A stretch of DNA of 64,000 nt from Tubiluchus corallicola (GCA_030141605.1 JAQGDQ010000295.1:226334-290333), one strand, 5' to 3'. Positions 13,216 through 27,225 are shown, counted from the first letter of the stretch. Program-made: numbers and translations. The notes: generated by a model from the sequence alone, not told the origin.

Positions 13216-15360
13216 TAAGCATTTTGGAGCCTAGAGTTGCGTCCTTTTAAAGTTTTCCTGATAATGGTCTCGCCACTTAGAGTCCAGGTAAAGGGCACTG
13301 AAATCTCGTTACAACATAGTGATTTAATCATAGCTCACATACGGACGACATATTGTCTTTTTGTCTCAGAAATAAAGAGGTGCCACTATCCCCAGTCCAC
13401 CCATCAACTGATAAGCATCTAGTACTGAAAGACTAGATCGTCTCCCAGTCCGCCCGGGTACTGATATATATCAAAATCTTACCTAATAATTTTCCTGGGG
13501 GAAGGCCTTCGTTCCGTTACTGACAAAGGGTCTTTGTGGTTGATTTAAAGACGTTTTGTTTTTGGGTTGGTCTGAATCTATGACGTGTGCTGAGTTGCTT
13601 ATAATAGAGAAAATTGTAGAGGAAAATGGAGCATTAAGATGTGAAGTCAGATAGTGCACCCTGTACATCTGGTGTAATTTCTTGAGCTTATTTTCAAATT
13701 GTCTCCAGTCGTAGGAATTGTTTCCAGTACTTCAGTTGTTAAACTAGCGAGAGAGGAATTAATTAATTACAATCAATTTTATTCTTAATAATGCTACACG
13801 CCCACAATTAATTAAATTTTGACATCAAATTGAAAGATTAGAAATGCGAAAAAGTTGGAATGCGAAGAAAGATTTGAACCAGGGACCTTGTGCTTACATT
13901 GCAGACGCTTTAGACCTGTAAGCCTCTGCAATAATCAAGGCAATCTAAACTCCAAAATTCACCCCTTATAGCTGGTCAACCAAATTCAACAAGATCGATC
14001 TCCCAGACTAGAGTGATTTCAACAAATTAGTTAATTATTTTATTTTGTTTAATTCTGAGCTAGAATTTTTCCTGGTTAAACGGAAATACTTTTTGTTTCA
14101 ATGTCTAAATTCAGGAAATTCAGCTATGAGGGTCGCACAGTTGCAGGTGGTACTAATTTGTACGACTTCAGCTCATATTATTGTAATATTGCGTATGTAA
14201 TAAATTATTCACCACTTAGTGTTATAGCTAATTATTTACGCAATATAATTTTGCCCCTAAGCTTTTGGCTGTTTTCTGTGTTCTTATTGCCGCCTCTCTG
14301 AGATTATTCTATTACTAGTCAATCACTGTCCCTTTGTAATACGACATTTAAACGTGCCTCAAATTTTGCGCGTGTTTGAGTTCTGACGGTTATCAATTTA
14401 ATTTGATTTATTATTTTCTTTATTCATTGATTTTTATTAAGTTGCAGGTGTAATTGACTAAGTTATTTATGACATGTTTTACCTATACGGTTTAACCTGC
14501 TCAGCTACACGCTTTGCGCATCCAGTGTAAAAGGTACCGCTTTCTGAAATGAATTCATTACAAATTAAGAAAATATCTTTTTAAAGGTTCACTACCTTCC
14601 ATTAGTTCAATAGAACTTCAGTAGATGGGGACACCAGCGAGTATGTCATGAGTTACGTGGCGTCGTCTATTCAGAGGAAAGGGTATAAGCTGATAACCCT
14701 GGTTCACTAAGAGCATTTTGCTGCTTATTTTCTGTACTTGTTTGAAATAAAAGTTTAGCGATGTTTGACTTGGAAAGAAACTGGAAAGCAGACTGAACTT
14801 TAAGTTTCTGGCATCTCTCTTGGCTTCCTTCACCAGCACGATCAGTGGCTTCTTCGTGATTAGTAAATGAGTGATGAGATTAATTACCTGACAGAATCTG
14901 AAAAATATATCATCGTTTTTAAATTGGGCAGGTGTAGCCGGCTGGGGTCCCCAAACTTTTTAACCATTATTTCTCATCCACCCCTAAGCGTGTACAAAAA
15001 AAAAATAAATTTTAATAATAATTAAGTAGATGTGTAGCTTCCATGTGCATCAGTAAGGTAAACTGCATACCAAGCCCTGCGAAACTGTTGTTCTGTATCC
15101 CCTCTAATTGTTTATTTTAATAAAAACCGACTGCAGTTTGTATTTTATTTTGTGTAGTTAGGCATATCATAGCATAGATGATGTAGCTTTTAGGTTAGTT
15201 TAATTCCTTTAAATCTCAGAATTGATTAAAAATGATTAATTGTATAATCTTAATGTTGAATGTTGCAACATTGAAGATTACTAATGGTATAAAAGTGCAA
15301 TAATTATATCAGATTTAGAACCAATTTCTATAATTGACAGAATAGAAACGTGAAAAAGTT

Positions 15361-15428
15361 TGGGCCGGACTTGAATGCAAGGACCTTTGGATTCAAATCC
15401 AATACGTTTACAGCCTAAACAGCGTAGC
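15361..15428 (-). pseudogene. tRNA-derived SINE head or tRNA pseudogene (Gln-like arm TTGGA-TTTGAA-TCCAA)
   Basis: Anticodon-like stem-loop followed by AGGTC and TTCAAGTCC; acceptor stem does not pair. A similar decayed head lies at ~13865-13925 (-). Confidence 0.5.
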
Positions 15429-16149
15429 AGTTTGTATTCCCAAAGTCGCCTGTTCAAATCCAGGTCCAGTGGAATCTTTTCGCATTTTTATTCTTTCCGT
15501 GTCTATGCGGTTCTAAACATATATGTGGATTTGTACCGTTCAAACTAGACAGTGTTTTAGTGTTAGCCATAACGGCAATATCTAACCATACAAATATCGC
15601 CATCATCATCATCATCACCATTATAGAACACCTGTTAACCCTCTCCTCACTGCACAATGGCATCCTATTTCTTCTTAAGCAAATTAGCTAAGATTAGTGT
15701 CAGTGTAATATATCTAGCTAATAAAGCCCTACATTGACCTGAGATTGTATCAGCATAGTTATTATAGTGTGAATGTGACATATGGTTGGTACTCACTGGC
15801 GTTTTGACAATAATTGGTTTTCTTATTAGGAAATTGCAGGTAATTTTGACCACTTATGTAGCGCAACAGGTAAACCTTGCACTCGTTTGGATTGATTGTA
15901 GTCTGTACGCAATTTGAAAAAATTATGTACCCAATTTACCAACATGATTTTAAAGTTCAGCTGGATTTCTTTGATATTTCACGCATTTATCTATACGAAT
16001 ACGATTTTTAACTGTATGTCTAATTAGATTGTATATTTGTGTATGTGTACTATTGCCTCTACCAATATGATTTTGAAATTTGTGGTCTGTCGTCAGTTTC
16101 CAAGTTATATCAGGAAAATTTCACTTCCTATAATCCTATATGCTAATCG

Positions 16150-16330
16150 GTATACACTTAACGGCTAGAGTTAAGCAACACTGAGTCTGATCAGAAAATA
16201 TATGAGAGTAACCACCTTTCATCTGCCATAGTGACTTGGGTTATTTAGCTCCCTGAGCCGCAGTTGAGGATATATATATATTGTGAATCCAAATTACCAA
16301 GACACCGCTCTGATGGTTGGGAGGGGAATT
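16150..16330 (+). repeat. Possible 5S-rRNA-derived SINE relic
   Basis: AGTTAAGCAACACTGAGTCTGATCAG...ATGAGAGTAACCACCT resembles the 5S internal promoter region AGCTAAGCAGGGTCGGGCCTGGTTAG...ATGGGAGACCGCCT. Confidence 0.35.
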
Positions 16331-16429
16331 AAGAAAAACTGAACTATCATTCATAATCCGTCAGTCATTTATATTTATGTTTGTAGTTGTGGAAGCTAAC
16401 TCTATTACACCCTATTATACCTTTATCAT

Positions 16430-16626
16430 GATTCCCGTGTTGCCACACCATGCTTCTTGTTCATACCTGAATCCCAAATAAATATCAGTTTGTGCCGTAC
16501 GCTCGATCCACAAAATTCCTTTGTAAGAAGAATTTGTCACTAGTGAACGTCTCTTTCAGTGTTGATTAAATCTGTCTTGTTTGTTTGTAATGTAATGTAT
16601 GTAATAGTGGTTCAATAAACAAACAC
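16430..16626 (+). repeat. LINE 3' end, copy 1 (copy 2 at 44388-44517)
   Basis: About 125 nt shared, ending TTTGTAATGTAATGTATGTAAT.GTGGTTCAATAAACAAACA. Confidence 0.7.
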
Positions 16627-16789
16627 ATCAGTTCTAAGTCTGTTTAAAAAAAGCTGGCTATTTGATTATATTAAACTTGTTCAACTATAAACACAACTAA
16701 TGGACATGCCTAATACACAAAAGAATTTTAATAAAAAAATTCAGACACAGAGGGATTGTTTAGAACATTCGCGTTATTAAAATAATCAC

Positions 16790-17890
16790 AAAACGTTTCA
16801 AAACTTGTCTGATGTTATTCATCATTTGTCTTATACAATCGTTATAGGAAGACACTTGCCTGTAATTACTGCAATACAGACTTAGCACACCACAAATAGT
16901 TTTCGAGTAAAATCATACACATATTAGCGTAGTGTGTTGATTCTCTTAGTGTTAACTTTCATTTTAGGGGAGTAATGTGTAATAACTAGGAACTACACCG
17001 TGTAGATAAATGTCTTCATGTTTCACGTACAAGAGATGGACTTCTAAAGCTGAAGTCATTGACAGCAATAGCTACTTTCACACGACCGTGTTATCTAAGC
17101 TTATGCCGTCTGTTTACTTTCTAGTTCTTTGTTTATTACTTGCATACATCACTTTCTGTTTTCTAAGCTCGATAAATGCAGTTCCCACTCGGTGTTTGGA
17201 TACAGAGTTATTTGAAACAAATCCGTTGGTATTCCTACTGGTCAAGTAGTCTTTGTCCGAGTTCTTTTCAAGTTTCTTAGCTCTTTGAGCTGCTGACGTT
17301 TGATGATGGTGTCCAATTGTACGTTTGACGTTCGTTTTGTGGACACCTGACAGCTACCTGAATGGGTAGACGTTGGTTAACTCTGCTGTCTGAGATTTTT
17401 TTCAAGAAAGTGATGGCTTGTCGTCTTACCTGGCTTTAAAACATCAAAGGTGTTACAGTAATTCTGGCAGGTGGGGTTGAAGGTCTTCGTGTTATCCCCA
17501 TACTTCTTCTGGGCAGTAATCTCTGTCTTACGAGAATTTTGGGTCTCCGCGATAAACGAGTAACGATCCGGACATTTGTTTAAGTAGGATTTTATACATC
17601 ATAGAAGAGGTGGCCAGAAGCCAAGTTTGGGCGTTGCGGGGCAGTACGCCAGGAACAGGGCGATATAACTGGAAAGTTTCTCGTTTGTGGATGCGGTTTT
17701 GAATTGTTTATTTGCTTTCCAAATACTGCATACTACAATTATTAAATTTCTGCAGCATATGAAACACAAATGTGAAAAGATTGACACTGAACCAGTATAA
17801 AAAATTCTTTATCAAGACCGTCCAATTTCTTTTGGTCTTGAGAATGCTGCTACATTAAGCCAAGCCATTCTCTACCCTAGTCTTATCCTG
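16790..17890 (-). mobile_element. Degenerate Penelope-like retroelement relic (RT C-terminus, GIY-YIG remnants, hammerhead-like end)
   Basis: Frameshifted minus-strand fragments TNVY.F, CP, TY/IGH, QRAK and DGISLDNT in the expected order, followed by TGATGA...GAAAC at 16795-16824. Confidence 0.45.
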
Positions 17891-20800
17891 TTTTAAATTG
17901 AGTAAATTTCTTTTAAGGGTGCTTCTGACTTCTTTTAAAATTTACATTATGATTGTATTTCAGGCAAAAATAAAACTGGTTCCATATATACGTACCTCAA
18001 ACGTATTCCTACTATAGAAGTTAGTTTCAGTTTTTTAAAAGTAAATAACTGAAGAAGACAGATGTAAGCGGGACCATGGGAGGAGTGGCTTGTTGTCCCA
18101 GGCGAAATGAAAACAAACTCACTTCTAAAACAGTGTTTAATTACGTTGTCTATTGCTCGTCAGTTCAAAAACAAAACGTCTGAATATTGCATAGTTCAGA
18201 ATTTGTGATATAAAGAAATGTAAATTGTATGCTCGCATAAATTTGCTCATACCGACTTTTCTGCTTGCAGTCTAGCTGTAAATATACTACTTTTTAAAGC
18301 ATTTGCACTAAATATTAACGTTTTATCTCTTTGGAGACGATTTTATAACTACATTCTAGCAAACATCAGAGCTGCATTTAATAAAGGGTTAGCCAATTTT
18401 TTCAAGGTTGAATGTCCGTACACTGCAAGCAGAAATACAGCCGAATTTTAAAGTGCTAGAAAGAAAATGTTTTTACCAAGTGCCGTACAATGAAAGTAAA
18501 CAATTCTCTTGTAGCTAATATTTTAAATAGTAACGTTTACTTGCATTCTTTAATATCGATCTAGTGGAGAGACAAGCTATTCGTACATTAATTTTATTTT
18601 AACTTTGTAATTAATCTTTGTAAATATTGATATGTAGTTAGTAGTTTTAATTTTTTATATAATTGTGTTTTATGCTATATGGACGAGAAGTCTGAAACAA
18701 AGGCGTCTATTTGTATATCTATCTCTTACTCGAGTAGAGATTTTTTGCTTTTCTCAGATCACTTTAGATTCAACACCCAAACTCTTTTCGTTTGTACAAA
18801 ACTTCCCACTTCGGAAGTATGAAATTTCTGTAGCTGTATAACCAAGCTGGTTGTGCTAAGATATTGACAAATGCAAATCTGTAGTACGCTAAACTCAATG
18901 TTTACGTAAATCCTTTCCTTTCAGCTTTAGATAATCGCTAAATCCAGGTATTGTATCACTCGCTTTTTTCTCAACATTTAGCGACGACACACTGACCTCA
19001 CTGACTTCAGCCTATAAACTCTTACTTTTCAAAGCTTTGCAGAATTTTCTTCATTCGCGTCATTGGTGCATATTCACTCAATTCACCCTACTTTTAGCCC
19101 TTCTCCAATCCCAGCACCTCCAAAAGTGTCCCTTAAATCAAGGGTTGCTGTTATACGTCCCCTCTTTTGACTGCACTGTTAGAGTGTTTGACAACGCAAT
19201 ATTGCCTAAATTCTTTAACAGTATGCAATCTTGAGTGTCTGTGAACGCAGCATGTCTGCTGGTCAAGTTTACACCCTTTTCATTCGCCTGCCCCTCTCTT
19301 TGCGGAAACGTTTAGCAAAGAAAAGCTAATTCTTTTTTTAGCTTATTTGTTTGCACTTTTGCCTTTTATCCATAAAACGTGCCCATGCTAAACCGCTAAA
19401 CGGGGGCGTTTATCATTTGTTCGGCTGTTTTTTAAACATTTATAATCAGAAAGCGAAAATTCGCAGTGTGAATGGGGTTTTACTTCTTAGTATTTTGTCT
19501 GCATGCGGAATTACGGATACCGAATGACACGTACAATTGTGATCTTATGGGTGAAAGATTTCGCGAGATGTCAAACTAATGCAAAACAGCCCTTCTTGAT
19601 AGTACAGTAGTTAGCTGGCTGACTGGCCTGTTTTCATTGATCTTGCCAACGGTAAGAAATAGTTGAATGAGTGGGGCGGATGCGAGCTCGATGTATTGCT
19701 TGGTCGATCTTTACATCATTTTAAAAGAAACACTGCCACAAATGCGACCCTGTGATTGTCATGTTGCCTACTATTAACTAAAATGCCCACCAAATGCAAA
19801 ATTGTTACCTTTTTCGTTCGAATGTGTGTAGTTTTTGCTGGCGTACTTATGTCCGTACACTTTCTCACCTTCGGCAAGAATTGGCAAAGATTTTACGTGT
19901 TCATTCGATTCTGTTCGTCCACGTCATATCTTAAAAAGTTACGAATGCATTTTAGTGAAATTTTCCAGTGGGTGGACTGTAGCAGCGTGTGCGATCAAGG
20001 GGTTTCCTTGCTGTTAAAAATCGATATTTATTATCGATTAATCCCCCCAGTTAAGTTAAAAAGGTGTATGGATCCGTTTCATTCAACTTTGATGGAGAGG
20101 TGGGCTATGGGTTATGGAAGACCTGATTAGATTTTGGCGATGATCGATTAAGAAATGGAGAAGAAATCAATTTTTATTAATTACGTAAGTGCAGGCTTCT
20201 GTGTGACGTAATAGAAGAGCCGATTTCAGGAAATTTATTTAAAAACCTTCCACACTAATGCCATTATGTTCTGACTCTGTATGACAGGTGGCTTTCCAGA
20301 ATGACTAGTCGAATCCAACTTACATCAGAATTCTCGGCGAATTTATTTTAGAAACTCAGGAACGCTCGTTGTTGCTACTTAAGCAGTCTTATAAGTTTAC
20401 CGTTATTTGCAATTACAGTAAACCTTCGACTAAACGAACTAAAAGTTGTTAAAGCTGACTACGTGCCCGTGTTTAGGGTTGTTTGCGTAAGCCATGTTCA
20501 CTTGGCACTTTGCTTTTCATAGATAAGAATTTTGTTGTGACGTCATTGTTGGATTGGAATTGCGTCAAGCTCAATCTGACCCTTATTTTCGCACGTAGCT
20601 CGCAGGTGCCATTTACAAAAAATGTCCTGTCCTCGCCATAATACGTTCTTTATCAGTCGTATATTTTTCTTCGGTATAGCAATGTTTTTTTATACACGTA
20701 ATATGTCATTTCTATATGACTATTAGGTTATTCACCGTAGATTTCAAAAGGAATATTTTATATTAAGTTATTTATATTTGACGTCAACCGTAGTAGTTTA

Positions 20801-22269
20801 TGGTATGCTAAAGAACATTTATTTTTACAGCAATATCATTTTAGGAGCTCTGATTTCTGTCACGAAGACAATTTTATTTAATAGTGGCTAAATTTTAGAC
20901 TAAAACTGGGGAGCACCTTTACGGGCAATACGGAGCTAACAGTAATAGCGGTTATATCTCACAGGTGGGCTTACCTTGATGCGAAACGATAATTAAATAT
21001 AGCCAAACCTAATTTTTATTTCTAGTGTAATGGGTACGTATAGAGTTCAGTACACTTTGAACAAAGGTATGTCTGGTATTTTCACCAGCCCTTGAGCTTT
21101 GCCTGCGTCTTTTGTAAAGTATTTTATTTAATTAATAGATAGCAAGGAGCAGTTTAAGATTGCAGGTAAAGATATACCGCTCTTTGCAGACCGACCACAA
21201 ATTACAAGCTATGAAGTTTTTATTAAGAAGATTGGCTAATACAAAGCCCTCATACCGTTTCCGATACTGTTGCGGGATTTTCTCGCCAGGGGGGGCTTTG
21301 ACCAGGCCCGCCTTAGTAGCTAAAGTTGGCAGTTCGTATGCGCATTTAGGGAGGGGCCTGGAGCCAGGTTAGTGTCCAATTCGTCCCAAAGAAAGAAACT
21401 TATCCTCTAATCTATCCGATTTCTTAATGAAGATCCGATTACAGTTTGTTGTCGCCCAACTACCTGTTGTGCGTGGCGTGTTTATTTGACATTATAAGCC
21501 AGGGATTTGACTAGTTTATCCCAAACTGGATTCATCCAACTTATAAATCTAGCGTATGCGTCTGTGTCGTAGTTGGAAGCCTAGGCTATTACGATTCGTG
21601 TTAGCACCCCGTTGATAATTCTGACTGTCGTTTTCTTCGTTTTCTCTCATCCTCTTAAGTTCTGTAGGGCCGACTCTTTAATTTACTTACGTTTGACTTC
21701 TTGTACCTCATTATCTATATTGTAATCTAAACTTTGCTGTTTAACATGTGATTATATACGTCTTGTCTAACAAGGTTCTTTTCTTGTAATCCGATTGCGA
21801 GTGTTAAGCTTTCGGGACTTTCGTACCTTTTGTGTTACAAGGAATTTCTTTTAGATGCCAAACATGCCCTTTAACGGCAGTTTATAAAGTAATCAAATTT
21901 CTCTCTGCCCCCCCCCCCCTTCTTCTGAGCTCTAATGTTTCGAGTTTTCAACACTTTTGCAGAATATCGATTTCATATCAAATTTCTGTTTTTTCCTCTT
22001 TCTTCTCCTCCTACAGGTTGAAATACTCTGATTTTTACACCTTGGTGTTTTTTGCATTGTCTAGATTGGGCTTGCCCCAAAACAACGGAATTGTTGCAGA
22101 ATTCTACTTGCAAACCAATAAACAAATATGGAACTCTTAGTTATTTTGTCTTTATTGACAATTTCGTGTTGCATTGTTTTTCTTTATTTGCTTTACTGGT
22201 TCTGTACTAGTCGAGCATTATTAGGAATAAGCGCGATTCTAGTAGTACCACATTTCCGCTAGAAGACGG

Positions 22270-22440
22270 CATCATCATCATCATATATATATATATATAC
22301 CCGTTACATTTGCTGTAGACACTGGGCAGGCAGAATTCTAAAGTAAAACAAGAAATCCGCCTCCAAAACAGGTAAACACGCAAATAATTCAACAAAAAAA
22401 AACTAGACGCTACTATGCCAATGCCTTGTTAGCAGCACTT
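22270..22440 (-). repeat. Interspersed repeat with (CAT)n end, copy 1 (copy 2 at 31476-31640)
   Basis: Shared TGTAGACA.TGGGCAGGCA...ACAGGTAAACAC...AAAACTAGAC.CT.CTATGCCA; probable retroposon 3' end. Confidence 0.65.
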
Positions 22441-23413
22441 CGGAGAGTAATAGAAGACCCTATAATCTTCAGTGTCTTTTGCAATACGGGAGACCTTGCT
22501 CATAGGAATGTGAATATTGGGATTTTTTGATTTCTCAATTTTATGCCTGTTTTATATGATTTATATCGCAGCATCGTTTTACTTTTAGTGCACGATTTAG
22601 TGAAAACAACGTGAAAAACACATCAGAACATCGAATCAACGAGCTGTTCGAAAAAACTGAAACGAGATAAAACGAAATAAAAAAAATAAATTAAAACGAT
22701 TTTGTTAGTAAAAATATCATAACGTTAATAGCAGTAACTGTACAGAAATGAAGTAGAAACTAAGACCCTTAAAATTAATAGTAGGCCTAATAATCTTTTT
22801 AAGTCGGCTTTTAGATAAACAGTTAACATAAGCTCAAAGACTGTAGATAGCAAATCTACACCTACATAGCAGAGGCTAGTGTTACCCCACCAGGCTCGGC
22901 AACCGCATGTACCATGTTTAGTCTTTGATGTTACCTGGCCGCAGTATCGAACTCACGACCTCCCAGACGGAAAGCGGACGCGTTACGACAAGTCTGTATA
23001 CCGTCTGGTCACATATTTGAAGACATGTGTCGCGAAATTTTTTGTACAAACTGATTTTATTATGGTTATTATAAGTAAACGAAGTAGAAAGATTTAACAT
23101 TTTGTAGCACTGCTATAGAGATAAAGTTAATCTTTCAAGTATCATGAAAGGAATTAAACCCGGACTTATTACGATGATTGAAACATTGCGAATATGATTG
23201 AAAAATACGTTAATATGCCTATTAAGCTTATTTATTTATTTAAAATTTATTTCAATACAATTGTACATAATACAGATGCACAAAATACATGCATTTATAA
23301 AAGGTAATTTTCGCAAAGTTACTTTTTAAAATGTGGACAGTTGTTTTCAGTATAAGTGTCTGTGCTTTAGTAAAATTGCGCAGTGATGCTGCTGACGTAT
23401 GCAGTAGTTTTTG

Positions 23414-23498
23414 AGTTGCGTGGCGTCCTGGTCTAAGTGCCCTAAATTTCGGAGTGCAACTACGGAGTCTTGAGTTCGAGACTAGCGAGACACGCCAG
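23414..23498 (+). pseudogene. tRNA-derived SINE head (A box TGGCGTCCTGG, B box GAGTTCGAGAC)
   Basis: Pol III A and B boxes at tRNA-like spacing without a complete cloverleaf. Another head lies at ~22940-22990 (-). Confidence 0.5.
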
Positions 23499-23995
23499 GG
23501 CGTATACCCTACCTGTTTTTCGTCGTTTCTGTGTTGTTACCTGTATTATTCTCGGTCGCTAAATAGCCGTTAGTGTTAATGTTGTCTGTTAAAATGAGCA
23601 ATGGTAAATAAATGTTGTCTTTCTCTTTGTCTTGGGGTGGTGCTGGCGATGAATTTCGCTGGTAACTTTTTCCTAATTTGCCAGTACATGTACATGTATG
23701 ACTGAATGTTGCTGGAATTTTAACATGCGCAGCAGCATGTGGAAAATTCGATTTCTGTTTTGTTTATTGCGTCATGCATTGTTTTCCACACGAAGTAAAC
23801 AATTTTGTTGTTAGTAACGCCGTGTTTATGGCTGCTGTTTTAACGTGAAAAACCTAACGAAATTATCACATAATGAAACGCCTCGGTTATAACTTCCGCC
23901 AGAATTCTGTTTTAATTATACCTTACTGATTTCTTTGATTATTACAGTTTATTAAATTACCGTTTACGTCGAACTGACATTCGTACGGCATTTTG

Positions 23996-24325
23996 GTGAC
24001 CGCTAATAAAGTCACAGGAACAGAGTCACGCGAACAGTCGCAATTTTGGCTAGACAAAAATCACAATTAATTTTGATTAGGGTTAGGGTTATTTCTTGGA
24101 AGGAGTTTACAATTCCACACACAGTTTAAATATCCTAATCCTATCCCCATCCCTAAACCCCTAAACCCAACCCTAACCCTAACTCTAATCCTAATCCGCT
24201 TCACGAAGTAATTTCTTGTGTGTGGGGAATTGTAAACTTTAGTCTATTCATTTTCTTCCTTTGCCTTTTTCCCTGTGACTTCCCCCACCCCCCATAACTT
24301 TTTGTGTGGCTTTTTTAACTGGATT
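23996..24325 (+). mobile_element. AAAGTCAC/GTGACTTT foldback MITE interrupted by the 24098-24244 element
   Basis: Both halves match the uninterrupted copy at 55734-55900. Confidence 0.65.
24098..24244 (-). mobile_element. Second copy of the TTAGGG-core element, nested in another MITE
   Basis: Reverse complement aligns with 6491-6672, including both asymmetric ends. Confidence 0.75.
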
Positions 24326-25530
24326 TGGAAGTTTACGTGTTTACCAAGAATGAGTAGGTAAATTTTTGTACATTAATCTAACCTGCTCGTCTATAGAATA
24401 CTTGGCAGCTTAAAGATACTCATTTTTAGGTTCATTAACTGATTATCCTCTTCAGCGAAATGTATGAATAAAATAAATATTATTGGATTTAAATTAACCT
24501 GACGGCGTACAACGTAAATACAATGTAAATCTCAGCCGACTGCACATCATATTTATTCCCCTGATCATTGAACCTTTTTATTCAAATAGTTCCCAAGAAG
24601 CATACAAGTTCCGTTGCCTAGACAGACATCATGTAGTTGGGTTAACGTACTAATGACAATTTTCACTGCCCGTCCGCTTGTATCCGTCTCTTCCTCAAGT
24701 TCGATGGTATTGTGAAAGTCGCACCAATTCACAGCCAAAAACACCCGAATTTGAGATTCGCGATCACCCATCGCAACCAACTGTGGTCCGCTTCAGCCAA
24801 CAACCAGCGGCAGGACAACAATGGCGATAACAACACCAGCATCACTTCCAACAAGAACAACAGCAGCGTGTTGCTGCAGTTATTAGACAAAGTAGCAACA
24901 ACAGCAACGACGGCAGCAGTAGTAAGGAACAACAACGTCACCACCAGCCGCCCCGACAACAACAACTACAACGACAACGACGACGACAACATCGCCCGCA
25001 CAGCAGCTGTATCATCAATAGCGACAAAGAAACAATTAAATTAACTTGCAATATAAGAAAATAAATAAGTAAACGTATTAAATCAACTTATAGACAAATC
25101 AGTCGGCAAACAAAGTTTAGTGCATTAACCAATAGTATAGTTAGACCTCCGGGTTAAGAAAGTAAAATTTGCCAGTCTGGTCTAATTTATTTAATATCTT
25201 ACCTGTAGGCCTCTTAGATACCCGTAATTAACCTTTGTACGTCATTTTCAATTACCTCTAGCTATGGCGGTATTCGTAAACAATTTTGATAGGATGGGTT
25301 GACCTCGGGGAGAAATTTGTAAATAAACAGCCGTATCCCATCCTTTCGACGTTGCTATAGGTTGCAAATCTTCTTGTCATGCTATTTGTAGGTATGGCTG
25401 AACTTGAGCTAATAACTGTAAGACAAGCTTAGGACAAAATCAAATTTTTCGCGTATTTGCCGACCGGTCAGTGCTTTTTGAGGTTGCAACTTACTGATCT
25501 TCTCGGCCTGTTTCTGTTTATTTACCCTCC

Positions 25531-25531
<1 letters not shown>

Positions 25532-25590
<59 letters not shown>

Positions 25591-25672
25591 TCTCTGTGTC
25601 TTTATCTTTCTTTTTCTCTCTCTCTCTTTCTCTTTCTCTCTCTCTCGCCCCTCTCTTCTCACACTCTCTCTT
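25532..25672. repeat. (CT)n microsatellite with degenerate tail
   Basis: Directly visible. Confidence 0.95.
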
Positions 25673-26689
25673 TCTGTTGGGGAGGGAGTGCTAGTATTGA
25701 TTAATATTAGAGCTTAAAATTATACATACATGTTTAAGGAAAGTTTAGCGCATATATAGTTAATTTTTCTTTTTACTTTCACAATTTTTATCATTTACTT
25801 CTTCTAAATCAGCCGCGGAAGTGTTAAAAATCCGATCCATTTCTTCATGCTACCCTCCAATAGTCAAGTAAGCATAATCATCCCACATGAATGATCAGCA
25901 TCTGTTATGAGTATTAACATTCCAGTGCAAGTTTAAAATATCTTTGTAGGCGTATGTGTGAACCACAAAAGACCTGTAGTACTACAGTAAAAAAATATCC
26001 GAGGACATTAATTGCTTTAATTAAACAGGTGCGTGCGGTATACCGTCACACGTGTGGTACATTTTATTAATTGTAACACGCATAACTGTTGATAATAGGT
26101 TATGAAACGCCAATGAAGGATTTGAATGCAGATTTATTTGATATAGAACACCTAAGAAGCGCAACAAGGTTAGACTGCACCTAGTGCTAGTTCATTCAGT
26201 AAAAGCTGAGTGAAGAGTTTGTTATTTAACATTCGAGTGTTTACTAACCCAACAGTCACAAGGTCTGTGTGAAAATCCTTTGTTTTGCACTCCCACAAAG
26301 TGTAAAAATCATCTTTTGTAAGCGAAAAGAAGTCTCTAACTTATAAATAAAGCTGCCTTTTAACTCTAGCAATTCCCTAGGATTTCCGCTTAATATTTGT
26401 TTAGTTGTGTTACTTGTGTGTTTAGTAATGGAATTGGATTATTAATGTTTTGACTCCAGTTGACGACTGTGTTTACGCCCACGACACCATCATTGTGCGT
26501 AACATTCATTTTATGTGTAATTAATAATTACAAAAAATAGTGTGGAAAGAAAAATACTTATTGAAAGAAAAGTTGAAACGCCTCCAAATCACAAATAAAA
26601 CTGTTAAATCTAGTTTGTTAAGGCACAAGAAAACCCTCCACTTACAAAATGCTTAAAAAATTCGTCTTTAAATTTTATACCACTTACGT

Positions 26690-27225
26690 ACTGCCTTTTT
26701 GCATACAGGACTTGCGTCGGCAGTAACGCTGTAAAAACATGTAAATTTAAATTCCCGCGATGACCAGCCATTTTGAAGATAAGTCTTTTGAAACAAGTTT
26801 AGATAACACTGAGTAAAGTTTGAAAAAATAATCAGAGCATTCATAGCTCACACATCACTAACTAAGTAAAATTTTAAATTACTATATCTTGTCAATAAGA
26901 TTAAAAATACGGTTTTTGGTTAGTGAGTGGTGCACCCTGGAGGGTGAGTCAGTGACATTTTACCCAATTTGTGAAAGCATTTTAAATAATTAATAATTTC
27001 TTTTCTAGTTACGCAAGTCTTTCAAGCAGGTAAGCGAAATGCTAAGTAATATAGATTTGCATGAAAGTTTTTTGGGACATAGTTTAACATTTCCTTTTCT
27101 TCCCTAATTTACGTTGCTTGTATATTACGTCATGTAATGGCGACTTCGGAACATTGTCGCGGGCGATTTAAAATGAAAACAAACAAAAAATCCTTTCAGC
27201 ACGAGTATGTATGCATAAAATTGCT
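26690..27225. mobile_element. Degenerate non-autonomous DNA element with imperfect terminal inverted repeats
   Basis: TTTTGCATACA and TTTAAATTCCCGCGA at left mirrored by TCGCGGGCGATTTAAA and TGTATGCATAAAA at right. Confidence 0.45.

Noticed and set aside
21160-21830. Possible gag/ORF1 relic
   Set aside because: Frames broken by stops; no zinc knuckle or LTR recognised.
24712-25044. Asn/Thr/Asp-rich 110-aa ORF
   Set aside because: Decayed CAA/CAG/GAC low-complexity tract with no domain or splice support.
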